Shown one piece after another: positions 1 to 11,021 of a stretch of 64,000 nt of DNA; position 1 is the first letter of the stretch, and every line of letters starts with the position of its first letter. A program made the translations under genes and the position numbers. The notes under the pieces are model-generated. The model ran no database searches, had not been told where the DNA came from, and worked only from the letters and a program-made list of their open reading frames with translations. Origin of the DNA: Myxococcota bacterium (GTDB taxonomy: Bacteria > Myxococcota_A > UBA9042 > PHBI01 > JAWLBL01); contig JAWLBL010000007.1 in assembly GCA_041687695.1 (NCBI GenBank), positions 192,001 through 256,000 on the forward strand, read 5' to 3'.

Positions 1-10
1 GCGCGTCGGG

Positions 11-196
11 TCAGGACTTGGCGAACACGACCCGCGCCTCCTGGCCCTGCGCGCACTTGAAGCAGGGCTTGTCCTTCTGGTTGAGGGCGTTGGCGTCCAC
101 GAACTTCGCCATGCACTCGAAGATCGGCATGCGGCGGGCGAAGGCGCGGCAGTAGAACGTGGTGGGGTTCTCGAACGACTTGGGCTGCAGCTGCAT
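11..196 (-). CDS. Small Cys-rich hypothetical protein (61 aa), possibly zinc-binding
   Basis: Strong SD GAGGAGG just upstream of ATG; GC3-biased codons; four Cys including CxxC (CFKC). Confidence 0.7.
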   Translation of the reverse strand: MQLQPKSFENPTTFYCRAFARRMPIFECMAKFVDANALNQKDKPCFKCAQGQEARVVFAKS

Positions 197-305
197 GGTG
201 TGAACCTCCTCGCGACGGGTCCGGGTCTGGGATGGAGATGCGACCCGTTGCGGGCCGCCGGACCCTGCGTCAAGGTGAGCGGTTTGGGGGTCGTCCCTGT
301 TGGAA

Positions 306-334
306 GGGGCGGCGCTGAATAACCAATCAATTCT
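306..334 (-). promoter_or_regulatory. Putative sigma70-type promoter for the 61-aa gene
   Basis: Minus strand TTGCAA-N17-TATTCA in an AT-rich patch. Confidence 0.4.
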
Positions 335-624
335 TTCGTTGCAAGGGGCCCCGCCGGGCTTTTCGCGATAACGCTCGGCTATACGCCGACGCCCCGCACG
401 GCAGGCCGTCCTTGACGCGACGGGTCATGAAACCGGCCCCGCATGGCAGCGCCCGTCGCCGCGTCCATGACGCGCGTCAAGGCCGCGTCATCGCGCCGTC
501 GTGATCGCGCCGCGGGGGCGTCACGGCCGACGCCCGGCAAACCGGAGCTTGCCCAGCCCCGCCGCCGGGACTATCTAGGGCGACCATCCCGTCCAGCACC
601 CGGGCGGGCGCCGAGGCCAGCACC

Positions 625-2603
<1,979 letters not shown>

Positions 2604-2607
<4 letters not shown>

Positions 2608-3902
2608 CCCGACCCCTGTCCCACGACAAGTCCGCCGAGGCCTTCGAGGCCGCGCGCGTCCGCATGCCGGGCGGCGTCAACAGCCCGGCGCGCGCCTGCC
2701 GCTCCGTCGGCGCCGACCCCATCTTCGTCGCCGGCGGCGCCGGGCCGTGGCTGGTCGACGAGGACGGCAACCGCTACCGCGACTACGTCGGCGCGTTCGG
2801 CCCGCTCATCCTCGGTCACCGTCACCCCGAGGTCGTCGCCGCCCTCGAGGCCCAGCTCGCGCGCGGCTGGGGCTACGGCGCGCCGACCGTGGGCGAGACG
2901 GCCCTGGCCGAGCACATCGCCGCCGTCGTCCCCGGCATCGAGCGCCTGCGCCTGGTCAGCTCGGGCACCGAGGCCACCATGAGCGCCCTGCGCGTCGCCC
3001 GCGGCTTCACCCGGCGCGATCGCATCCTGAAGTTCGAGGGCTGCTACCACGGCCACGCCGACGCCCTGCTGGTCAAGGCCGGCAGCGGCGCCTTGACCCT
3101 GGGCGCGCCCGACTCGGCCGGCGTCACGCGCGGCGCGGCGGCCGACACCCTGGTCGCCCCCTACAACGACCTCGACGCCGTCCGGGCGCTGTTCCAGCAG
3201 CACCCGGACGAGATCGCCGCCGTCATCCTCGAGCCGGTCGTCGGCAACATGGGCGTCGTCCCGCCGCTGCCCGGCTTCCTCGAGGGGCTGCGCGAGCTGA
3301 CGCGCGACCACGGCGCCCTGCTCATCTTCGACGAGGTGATGACCGGCTTCCGCGTCCACATGGGCGGCGCGCAGGCCCTGTACGGCGTCACCCCCGACCT
3401 CACGTGCCTGGGCAAGATCGTCGGCGGCGGCCTGCCGACCGGTGCCTTCGGCGGGCGCGCCGACGTCATGGGCGTGGTCGCCCCCGAGGGGCCGGTCTAC
3501 CAGGCGGGCACGAACTCGGGGAACCCGCTCAGCGTCGCCGCCGGCGCCAAGACGCTCGAGGTCCTCGAGCGCGACCGCCTGCACGAGTGGCTCGAGACCC
3601 TCGGCGCGCGCCTTCAGGCCGGCCTCGAGGACGCGCTGGCCCAGACGGGCGTCACGGGCTGCGTGCAGCGAGTCGGCTCCATGCTGACGCTCTTCTTCGC
3701 CGAGGGGCCCGTGCGCCGCCTCGACGACGTCCCGCCCGACGCGCCGGCCCGCTTCGGCGCCTTCTTCCGCGGCATGAGAGAGCGCGGCGTGCTGTTGCCG
3801 CCCAGCCAGTACGAGGCCTGGTTCATCTCGGCGGCCCACGAGACCGCCGACATCGACGCCACGGTCGAGGCCGCCCGAGAGGTCCTCTCGGCCATGGCCT
3901 GA
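2604..3902 (+). CDS. hemL: Glutamate-1-semialdehyde 2,1-aminomutase
   Basis: [42 protein letters not shown] motifs; ATG at 2604 overlaps the ABC-F stop (ATGA). Confidence 0.96.
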
Positions 3903-4008
3903 ACCCCCCGGACGGGCCCGTCCGGCCAGCGCGCGCGAGCGCGATAGCCTTGACTGCCCGGGGGCTTGGTGATAACCCCCGCTCGCGACTTGGCGAGGTG
4001 GTAAGCAG

Positions 4009-4392
4009 ATGCTCGAGCACTACGAGCCCTATGTCCCAATCCTCCTGCTGACGCTCGTCGTCGCGGGCATGGCGGCGGTCATCCTGCTGCTGAACTACAT
4101 GCTCGGCCCCAAGCGGCCGACGCGTGAGAAGGGCATCCCCTACGAATCCGGCGTGGACCCGGTCGGCTCGGCGCGCCATCGCTTCAGCGTCAAGTTCTAC
4201 CTGACCGCCATCCTGTTCCTGGTCTTCGACCTCGAGGTGGTCTTCGTGCTGCCCTGGGCGGCGAACTACCGGGGCTTCCTGATGGACCCGGAGTTCGCGG
4301 GCGTGGCGTTCTGGGGGATGGGCTTCTTCGTGCTCGTGCTGGCCCTGGGCCTTCTGTACGAGTGGCGCCGCGGCTCCCTCAATTGGGAATGA
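4009..4392 (+). CDS. nuoA: NADH-quinone oxidoreductase subunit A
   Basis: PYESG, FSVKFYLTAILFLVFDLE, YEWRRG; three TM segments. Confidence 0.95.
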   Translation: MLEHYEPYVPILLLTLVVAGMAAVILLLNYMLGPKRPTREKGIPYESGVDPVGSARHRFSVKFYLTAILFLVFDLEVVFVLPWAANYRGFLMDPEFAGVAFWGMGFFVLVLALGLLYEWRRGSLNWE

Positions 4393-4453
4393 CCCCGCAC
4401 CCGCACCCGCACCGGTACCCGCGCTCGCGGCCTGTCCGGATGGAGTCGAATCG

Positions 4454-4957
4454 ATGAGCCAAGCGGTCGTGCAGGCCATCAAGGCCCGTTTCCCCGACGC
4501 CGTGGTCGCCACCCACGCCTGGCGCGGCGACGACACCGTCATCTTGAAGCGCGAGTCCCTCGTCGACGTGTGCCGGTTCCTCAAGACGGACCCCGCGATG
4601 GACTTCAACCTGCCGGTCGACGTCTGCGGCGTCGACTACCTGGGCAAGAAGGAGCCGCGCTTCGAGGTGGTCTACCACTTCTACAGCATCGACAAGCGGC
4701 ACCGCATCCGCCTCAAGGTCGAGGTGGACGAGGACGACTGCTGGGTCCCCTCGGTCATCGGCGTCTGGAAGGGCGTCGATTGGTTCGAGCGCGAGGCCTG
4801 GGACATGATGGGCATCCGCTTCGAGGGCCACCCGGATCTGCGCCGCATCCTCATGTACGAGGAGTTCGAGGGGCACCCGCTCCGCAAGGACTACCCCCAG
4901 CGCGGCTACCAGCCCCTCATGCCGATGCCGACGCTCGCCAGCGAGACGCCGGAGTAG
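4454..4957 (+). CDS. nuoC: NADH-quinone oxidoreductase subunit C
   Basis: RFEVVYH, WFEREAWDMMGIRFEGHPDLRRIL, GHPLRKDYP. Confidence 0.95.
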   Translation: MSQAVVQAIKARFPDAVVATHAWRGDDTVILKRESLVDVCRFLKTDPAMDFNLPVDVCGVDYLGKKEPRFEVVYHFYSIDKRHRIRLKVEVDEDDCWVPSVIGVWKGVDWFEREAWDMMGIRFEGHPDLRRILMYEEFEGHPLRKDYPQRGYQPLMPMPTLASETPE

Positions 4958-4969
4958 GCGGAGAAACGC

Positions 4970-6178
4970 ATGACCAACATCGTGCTCAAGCAGAAGGGCG
5001 ACGACCTCCTCCACACCGAGTACATGACCCTGCACATGGGCCCGTCGCACCCCGCGACCCACGGCACCGTGCAGTTCGTCCTGACGCTCGATGGCGAGAC
5101 GGTCGTCGACTTCGACGCGAAGATCGGCTACCTGCACCGCGGCTTCGAGAAGATGAGCGAGGTCTGCACCTACAACCAGGTGCTGCCCTATACGGACCGG
5201 CTCAACTACGTCTCGCCGCTGTGCAACAACGTCGGCTGGTCCCTCGCGGTCGAAAAGGCGCTCGGCATCGACGTGCCCGACCGGTGCAAATACATCCGGA
5301 TGATCATCAGCGAGATGAGCCGGGTGACCGACCACCTGACGGCCATCGGCGCCGGCGCGCTCGAGCTCGGCGGCTTCACGCCGTTCTTGTACGCCATCCA
5401 GGCGCGCGAAGAGCTGTGGGACGTCATCGAGGAGCTGACCGGCGCCCGCCTGACGACGAACTACACCCGCGTCGGCGGCCTGCGTCACGACCTGTACCCG
5501 CACTTCCCCGAGCGCTTCGCCAAGACGCGCGCCGAGGTCGAGCGGCTCATGGTCGACGTCGACAAGCTCCTCACCCGCAACCGCATCTTCTACGACCGCA
5601 TGGCGGGCACCGGCGTCATCACCGCCGCCGAGGCCATCGAGCACAGCTGGACAGGGCCGTGCCTGCGCTCGACGGGCGTCGACTACGACGTCCGCACGCA
5701 CGCGCCGTACCTCTTCTACGACCGCGTCGAGTTCGACGTCCCGGTCGGCACGCGCGGCGACAACTACGACCGCTACCTCGTGCGCCAGGAAGAGATCCGC
5801 CAGTCCTTCCGCATCATCGAGCAGTGCCTGGCCCAGATGGAGCCGGGCCCCATCAACGTCGATGACTGGACGGTGGTGCTGCCCCCCAAGGAGCAGGTCT
5901 ACAACTCCATCGAGGGGATGATCGCCCACTTCAAGATCATCATGGAGGGCGTCCACGTCCCCTCGGGCGAGGTCTACAGCTACACCGAGGCCGGCAACGG
6001 CGAGCTCGGCTTCTACATCGTCTCGGACGGCTCCGGCCGGCCCTGGCGCGTGAAGTGCCGCCCGCCGTGCTTCGCCATCATGCAGGCGCTCAAGCCCATG
6101 GTGGTCGGCTCGCTGCTCGCCGACATCATCCCGACGTTCGACACCATCAACATGATCGGCGGCGAGATCGACCGCTGA
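4970..6178 (+). CDS. nuoD: NADH-quinone oxidoreductase subunit D
   Basis: GPSHPATHG, IGYLHRGFEK, YTDRLNY, C-terminal GGEIDR. Confidence 0.96.
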   Translation: MTNIVLKQKGDDLLHTEYMTLHMGPSHPATHGTVQFVLTLDGETVVDFDAKIGYLHRGFEKMSEVCTYNQVLPYTDRLNYVSPLCNNVGWSLAVEKALGIDVPDRCKYIRMIISEMSRVTDHLTAIGAGALELGGFTPFLYAIQAREELWDVIEELTGARLTTNYTRVGGLRHDLYPHFPERFAKTRAEVERLMVDVDKLLTRNRIFYDRMAGTGVITAAEAIEHSWTGPCLRSTGVDYDVRTHAPYLFYDRVEFDVPVGTRGDNYDRYLVRQEEIRQSFRIIEQCLAQMEPGPINVDDWTVVLPPKEQVYNSIEGMIAHFKIIMEGVHVPSGEVYSYTEAGNGELGFYIVSDGSGRPWRVKCRPPCFAIMQALKPMVVGSLLADIIPTFDTINMIGGEIDR

Positions 6179-6209
6179 TGCGGTCCCTCGCCCTGTTCGG
6201 GAGCTGCCG

Positions 6210-7811
6210 ATGCCGACCCTGAAGATCGATGGCCAGGAGATCACGGTCGACCGCGGGACGACGATCCTGCAGGCCGCGATGCAACTCGGCATCGACGTCC
6301 CCACCTTCTGCTACCACCCCGGTCTCAGCATCGCGGCCAACTGCCGCATGTGCCTGGTCGAGACGAACAAGGCCCCCAAGCCGCTGCCGGCGTGCCACGC
6401 GCAGGTCATGGACGGCATGGAGGTCCAGACCCAGAGCGAGCGCATCAAGAAGGTGCGCGCCGCGGTGCTCGAGTTCATCCTGCTCAACCACCCGGTCGAC
6501 TGCCCCATCTGCGACCAGGCGGGCGAGTGCGTCCTGCAGGACCACTACTTCAAGTACTCGGCGGAGCCCAGCCGCCTGACGATGAAGAAGGTCCACAAGG
6601 CCAAGGCCAAGATCCTCGGGCCGGACGTCATCCTCGACGCCGAGCGCTGCATCCTGTGCACGCGCTGCATCCGCTTTTGCGACGAGGTCGCGAAGAACAG
6701 CCAGCTCGAGATGATGCAGCGGGGCGAGAAGACCGAGATCACGACCTTCCCCGGCAAGCAGCTCGACAACCCCTACGCGGGCAACACCGTCGACATCTGC
6801 CCGGTGGGCGCGCTGACCAGCCGCGACTTCCGCTTCAAGACGCGCGTGTGGCTCTTGCAGTCGGCCGAGAGCGTCTGCCCCGAGTGCGCGCGCGGCTGCA
6901 AGATCCGCATCGACACCTTCGAGAACGTGCCGCGGCGCTACAAGCCCGTCTACAACCCCCAGGTCAACGACTGGTGGATGTGCGACAAGGGCCGCCTGAG
7001 CTACCGCGACTACCTCGACGGCCGCATAGAGGGCCCGCTCGCCACCGTGAACGGCAAGCGCGCCCTGTCGACGGTGGCCCAGACGGTCGAGGCCGCCGCC
7101 GACGCCCTGCAGCAGGCCGGACCCAGCGGCGTGGCGGTCATCGCCAACCCGTGGTGGACCAACGAGGACGCCTTCCTGGTCGCGCAGCTGCTGACCGGCC
7201 CGCTCCGCGGCGCCAAGGTGTACCTGGGCGGCCGCGCCGAGGGCGAGGGCGACGACATCCTCATCCAGCCGGACAAGAACCCGAACACCCGCGGCGTCCG
7301 CACCATCTTCGAGGCCGCCGGCGTCCCGCTCCAGCCGCTGGCCGCCTTCACCGGCCAGGGCGTCAAGGCCGCGCTCGTCTTCGGCGACGAGCACGCGCTG
7401 ACCGAGGCGCAGCTGACGGCCCTGTCCAAGGTCCCGAACCGCCTGGTCGTCGGGCAGTTCAAGCGGCCCGTCTGGGAGCTGGCGACCGTCTTCATGCCGG
7501 GCCGCCTGCACTGGGAGAAGGCCGGCACCTTCACCAACTTCCAGGGCGTCGTGCAGCGCATGGACCAGGCGGTCAAGGCCGCCGCCACCTGCAAGAGCGA
7601 CGGCTGGTACGCGATGAAGATCGCCCAGCGCCTGGGCTCCCAGGTCGCCTTCTCCAGCCCGCTCTCCATCTTCACGGCCCTCGCCAAGGCCGTCCCCGCC
7701 TTCGCCGGCATGGACTGGGGCCGCCTCGGCGCCCACGGCGTCCTGCTCGGCCACGGCGTAGCCCCCTCCACGCCCGGTGACGCTCCGGTGTCGCCCCCGC
7801 CCGTCCCCTAG
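6210..7811 (+). CDS. nuoG: NADH-quinone oxidoreductase subunit G-like Fe-S protein
   Basis: PTFCYH..NCRMCLV, NHPVDCPICDQAGECVLQD, CILCTRC, CPVGAL, CPECARGC clusters. Confidence 0.88.
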   Translation: MPTLKIDGQEITVDRGTTILQAAMQLGIDVPTFCYHPGLSIAANCRMCLVETNKAPKPLPACHAQVMDGMEVQTQSERIKKVRAAVLEFILLNHPVDCPICDQAGECVLQDHYFKYSAEPSRLTMKKVHKAKAKILGPDVILDAERCILCTRCIRFCDEVAKNSQLEMMQRGEKTEITTFPGKQLDNPYAGNTVDICPVGALTSRDFRFKTRVWLLQSAESVCPECARGCKIRIDTFENVPRRYKPVYNPQVNDWWMCDKGRLSYRDYLDGRIEGPLATVNGKRALSTVAQTVEAAADALQQAGPSGVAVIANPWWTNEDAFLVAQLLTGPLRGAKVYLGGRAEGEGDDILIQPDKNPNTRGVRTIFEAAGVPLQPLAAFTGQGVKAALVFGDEHALTEAQLTALSKVPNRLVVGQFKRPVWELATVFMPGRLHWEKAGTFTNFQGVVQRMDQAVKAAATCKSDGWYAMKIAQRLGSQVAFSSPLSIFTALAKAVPAFAGMDWGRLGAHGVLLGHGVAPSTPGDAPVSPPPVP

Positions 7812-7820
7812 GAGCTCTCC

Positions 7821-8918
7821 ATGAGCGCTCTCGAAGTGGCCCTGTGGTCGCTGCTCAAGTTCGCGGTCATCGTCCTCGGCTTCGTGATGATCGTCGCGAC
7901 GCTGCTGACGATGATCGAGCGTAAGCAGTCCGCCTTCATCCAGAACCGCGTCGGCCCCAACCGCGCCTTTCTGTGGGGCAAGGGCTTCGCGCCGCGCCTG
8001 AGCGCCTTCGTCGGGCAGATCATCGCCGACGCCTTGAAGGTCCTCGTCAAAGAGGACTTCGAGCCGCCGATGGCCAACAAGTGGCTGCACCGCATCGCGC
8101 CGGCGCTGGCCCTCATCCCGGCCATGCTGGTCTGGCTGGTCATCCCGTTCGGCCCCGGCCCGGTCCCGGGCGCCGAGGGGCACAACTACTTCCTCATCGC
8201 GGACCTCAACGCGGGCGTCCTGTTCATCTTCGCCATCGCCTCGCTGGGCGTGTACGGCGCCACCATCGGCGCCTGGGCCTCCAACTCGCTGTACTCGCTG
8301 CTCGGCGGCCTGCGCACCGCCGCCCAGATGATCAGCTACGAGGTCACCCTCGCCCTGAACCTCGTCGGCATCTTCATGATCTTCGGCTCCTTCCAGATCA
8401 ACGACATCATCTGGGGGCAGGGCCACCACATCGGCGGCTGGCTGCCGATGTGGGGCATCTTCGTCCAGCCGCTCGGCTTCATCCTCTTCCTCACGGCGGC
8501 CATCGCCGAGACCAAGCGCCCGCCCTTCGACCTCCCCGAGGCCGAGAGCGAGCTGGCCGCGGGCTACTTCACCGAGTTCTCGGGCATGCGCTTCGCGGTC
8601 TTCAGCCTCGGCGAGTTCATCGGCATCATCATGACGGCCGCCATCGCGGCGACGCTCTTCCTCGGCGGCTGGCAGATCCCCTGGGTCGAGACCCCGGTCG
8701 ACGCGACCGGCAACCCCGTCCTCGGCTGGATCACCGTCGCTCAGGTCGGATTCTTCCTGCTCAAGGTGCTGTTCATGGTCTGGCTGCAGAACCAGATCCG
8801 CTGGACGCTGCCGCGCTTCCGCTACGACCAGCTGATGAAGCTCGGCTGGGTCTACCTCCTGCCGCTGTCGCTCGCGAACCTGTTCATCACCGCCGCCGTC
8901 ATGTACGCGCTCGCTTAA
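7821..8918 (+). CDS. nuoH: NADH-quinone oxidoreductase subunit H
   Basis: ERK..RVGPN, ADALK, AQMISYE, PFDLPEAESEL, PRFRYDQLM. Confidence 0.96.
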   Translation: MSALEVALWSLLKFAVIVLGFVMIVATLLTMIERKQSAFIQNRVGPNRAFLWGKGFAPRLSAFVGQIIADALKVLVKEDFEPPMANKWLHRIAPALALIPAMLVWLVIPFGPGPVPGAEGHNYFLIADLNAGVLFIFAIASLGVYGATIGAWASNSLYSLLGGLRTAAQMISYEVTLALNLVGIFMIFGSFQINDIIWGQGHHIGGWLPMWGIFVQPLGFILFLTAAIAETKRPPFDLPEAESELAAGYFTEFSGMRFAVFSLGEFIGIIMTAAIAATLFLGGWQIPWVETPVDATGNPVLGWITVAQVGFFLLKVLFMVWLQNQIRWTLPRFRYDQLMKLGWVYLLPLSLANLFITAAVMYALA

Positions 8919-8931
8919 CGAGGTCCCCGCC

Positions 8932-9450
8932 ATGGCAACCATCACCGTCAAGCGCCCGGACCTGAACACGGCCGAGAAGGTCTTCCTCCCCGAGGTCGCC
9001 AAGGGCGTCGCCCTGACCACCCGGCAGCTGGTCAAGAACCTCTTCGGCCGCAAGAAAGACATCGCGACGCGGCAGTACCCCGAGGTCAAGAAGCAGTACC
9101 CCGACCGCTTCCGCGGCCGCCACCGCCTCATGCGCCGCGAGGACGGCCAGGTCCGCTGCGTCGCCTGCATGCTCTGCTCGACCGCCTGCCCGGCCAACTG
9201 CATCCACATCGTCGCCGGCGACCACGACGACACGGGCATCGAGAAGTACCCGGTCTCCTTCGAGATCGATCTCCTCGTCTGCATCTACTGCGGCCTGTGC
9301 GAAGAGGCCTGCCCCTGCGACGCCATCCGCATGGACTCGGGCAAGCACCCCATGCCCTCCTTCAGCCGCGACAAGCAGCGCATCCGCAAGGTCCAGCTGC
9401 TCGACGAGGGCTCGCTCTCCATCGCCAAGCAGGGCGGCACGCACAAGTAG
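8932..9450 (+). CDS. nuoI: NADH-quinone oxidoreductase subunit I
   Basis: RFRGRH and two 4Fe-4S motifs, CVACMLCSTACP and CIYCGLCEEACP. Confidence 0.94.
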   Translation: MATITVKRPDLNTAEKVFLPEVAKGVALTTRQLVKNLFGRKKDIATRQYPEVKKQYPDRFRGRHRLMRREDGQVRCVACMLCSTACPANCIHIVAGDHDDTGIEKYPVSFEIDLLVCIYCGLCEEACPCDAIRMDSGKHPMPSFSRDKQRIRKVQLLDEGSLSIAKQGGTHK

Positions 9451-9579
9451 GGCAGGCAGCCCCGGGCCTTGCCCTGGGCCCCTCGGCACCCGAGCACTCG
9501 AGCTGCCGTGGGTGCGCTTCGTAGGCGGGCTAGACTCCCAGGGTTGGGTCGGGCTCAGGCACAGGTAGCCTCCGCTCCC

Positions 9580-9728
9580 GGCGGCCTCGAGGGTTTTCTC
9601 CCCCTTGGCCGACCTGGCGGCCGGCCAATTCCTCGCGGACGAGAAAACCCTCGACCCCGCCGTCCGCTTCGGCTGGGGGGCTGATACGCCCGGAAGGGGA
9701 CCTTCCGGGCCGCAACGCGTCCCGGTCG
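9580..9728. repeat. Left arm of ~150-bp imperfect inverted repeat (structured REP/MITE-like arm)
   Basis: Aligns to the reverse complement of 10309-10460; internal stems tcgagggttttctc/gagaaaaccctcga and gcccggaagg-gga-ccttccgggc. Confidence 0.9.
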
Positions 9729-9825
9729 GCAGCCCACGCCCTTGGCGAGGCTGATAGCCCAGGGCTATCAATCGCTCGCCAGCCTGACCTTCCCGCAGCC
9801 GCCTCAGCCCACCCAGTCCCGGCCG

Positions 9826-10207
9826 TCCGCCCCGGGACGGAGACCCTAGCGCCGGTTCTACTTTCCGCCCCGGGACGGAGACCCGAACGTCGCTTCTACT
9901 CTCCGCCCCGGGGCGGAAACCGGAATGCCGGTTCTGCTTTCCGCTCCGCAGCGGCACCAGGGCCGGTCCGCCATCATCCCGGTACGAGAACCCGGATTCA
10001 ACTTTCCGCCCCGAACGCCGGTTCTACTCTCCGCCCCGACGGCCCTTCGGCCGGCCCGTCCGTCGTCCCGGTACGAGAATCCGGATTCTGGTTTCCGCCC
10101 CGGGGCGGAAACCCGGACGCCGGTTCTGCTCTCCGCCCCGGGACGGAAACTGGGCCGCCCCGTCGTCCCGGTACGAGAACCCAGGTTCTTTTTCCGCCCC
10201 GGGACGG
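9826..10207. repeat. Degenerate tandem array of palindromic units (38-bp period plus a variant unit)
   Basis: tccgcccc-type cores at 9826, 9864, 9902, 9940, 10005, 10030, 10094, 10132, 10193; variant tcccggtacgagaa three times near 9977, 10066, 10166. Confidence 0.88.
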
Positions 10208-10308
10208 TTGCTCCAGGGCAGCCCGCCATTGCGGGCCCCATGACAATCTCCGGTTATCACGTAGCCGCTGACGAACAGCGACCATCCGTGCGCCTGGCCG
10301 CTCGACGA

Positions 10309-10460
10309 CGACCGGGACGCCCAGCGGCCCGGAAGGTCCCCTTCCGGGCCGATATCGGCCCCCCAGCCGCAGCGGGCGGCGGGGTCAAGGGCTCTCTTGT
10401 CCGCGAGGAATTGGGCCGCCCGCAGGGCGGACCAAGGGGAAGAGAGCCCTTGAGGCCGCC
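10309..10460. repeat. Right arm of ~150-bp imperfect inverted repeat
   Basis: Reverse complement of 9580-9728; stems tcaagggctctctt/aagagagcccttga and gcccggaagg-tcc-ccttccgggc. Confidence 0.9.
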
Positions 10461-10486
10461 GACCGCGTAGGCTCCCCTGCATCTGC

Positions 10487-10600
10487 CCACGCCCGCGGGC
10501 CTGCGCCACGCCCGCGCCTGCCCAGACCCCGCGCCTGCCCAGACCCCGCGCCTGCCACGCCCCCACCGCGCCTTCACGCCCCACCGCGCGACCGCGCCCT
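10487..10600. repeat. Short C-rich degenerate tandem repeats
   Basis: cccgcgcctgcccaga units repeated, followed by acgcccc(c)accgcg twice. Confidence 0.65.
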
Positions 10601-10604
10601 CGCC

Positions 10605-11018
10605 TCAACACCCCCTCGGCCACCCCTCCGGCTCGGCCGAGATCGTCACCACCAGCTCGTCGCCCTCCTGAACGAACGCCAACGGCTCCAACCGCCGCCC
10701 CACCACCGGGCCCATGAAGCACTCGCCGCTCTCGGGCAGGAACATGGCGCCGTGGCTCGAGCAGATGAGGAACTTGCCGGTGCGGTCCTTGACGCGGCCG
10801 TCGCCGATGTCGAGCGAGTAGGGGACGTGCGGGCAGCGGTTGACGTAGACGAACCACTCGCCTTCGTGCTCGACCACGAGGCCCGTCAGCGCCTGGCCGG
10901 CGCGCCGAAAGGGGAACAGGCGCGCTTGTCCCGCCGACATTCCGGCCACCGAGACACGCACCTCGGGCGTGTCCGGCAGGACCTCGTCGTCTTCCCAATC
11001 CAGCTCGTCGAAGGCCAT
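10605..11018 (-). CDS. Rieske [2Fe-2S] domain protein
   Basis: NRCPH and CSSHGAMF..SGEC..GP Rieske motifs. Confidence 0.9.
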   Translation of the reverse strand: MAFDELDWEDDEVLPDTPEVRVSVAGMSAGQARLFPFRRAGQALTGLVVEHEGEWFVYVNRCPHVPYSLDIGDGRVKDRTGKFLICSSHGAMFLPESGECFMGPVVGRRLEPLAFVQEGDELVVTISAEPEGWPRGC

Positions 11019-11021
11019 CGG

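Noticed and set aside
9826..10207. CRISPR array
   Set aside because: Linkers are homologous to each other, the period is too short, repeats are degenerate and no cas genes are present
9858..10470. ORFs of 95-181 aa in the repeat element as a transposase or protein
   Set aside because: Translations are repeat-derived, with no DDE/HUH motifs and no host-like codon bias
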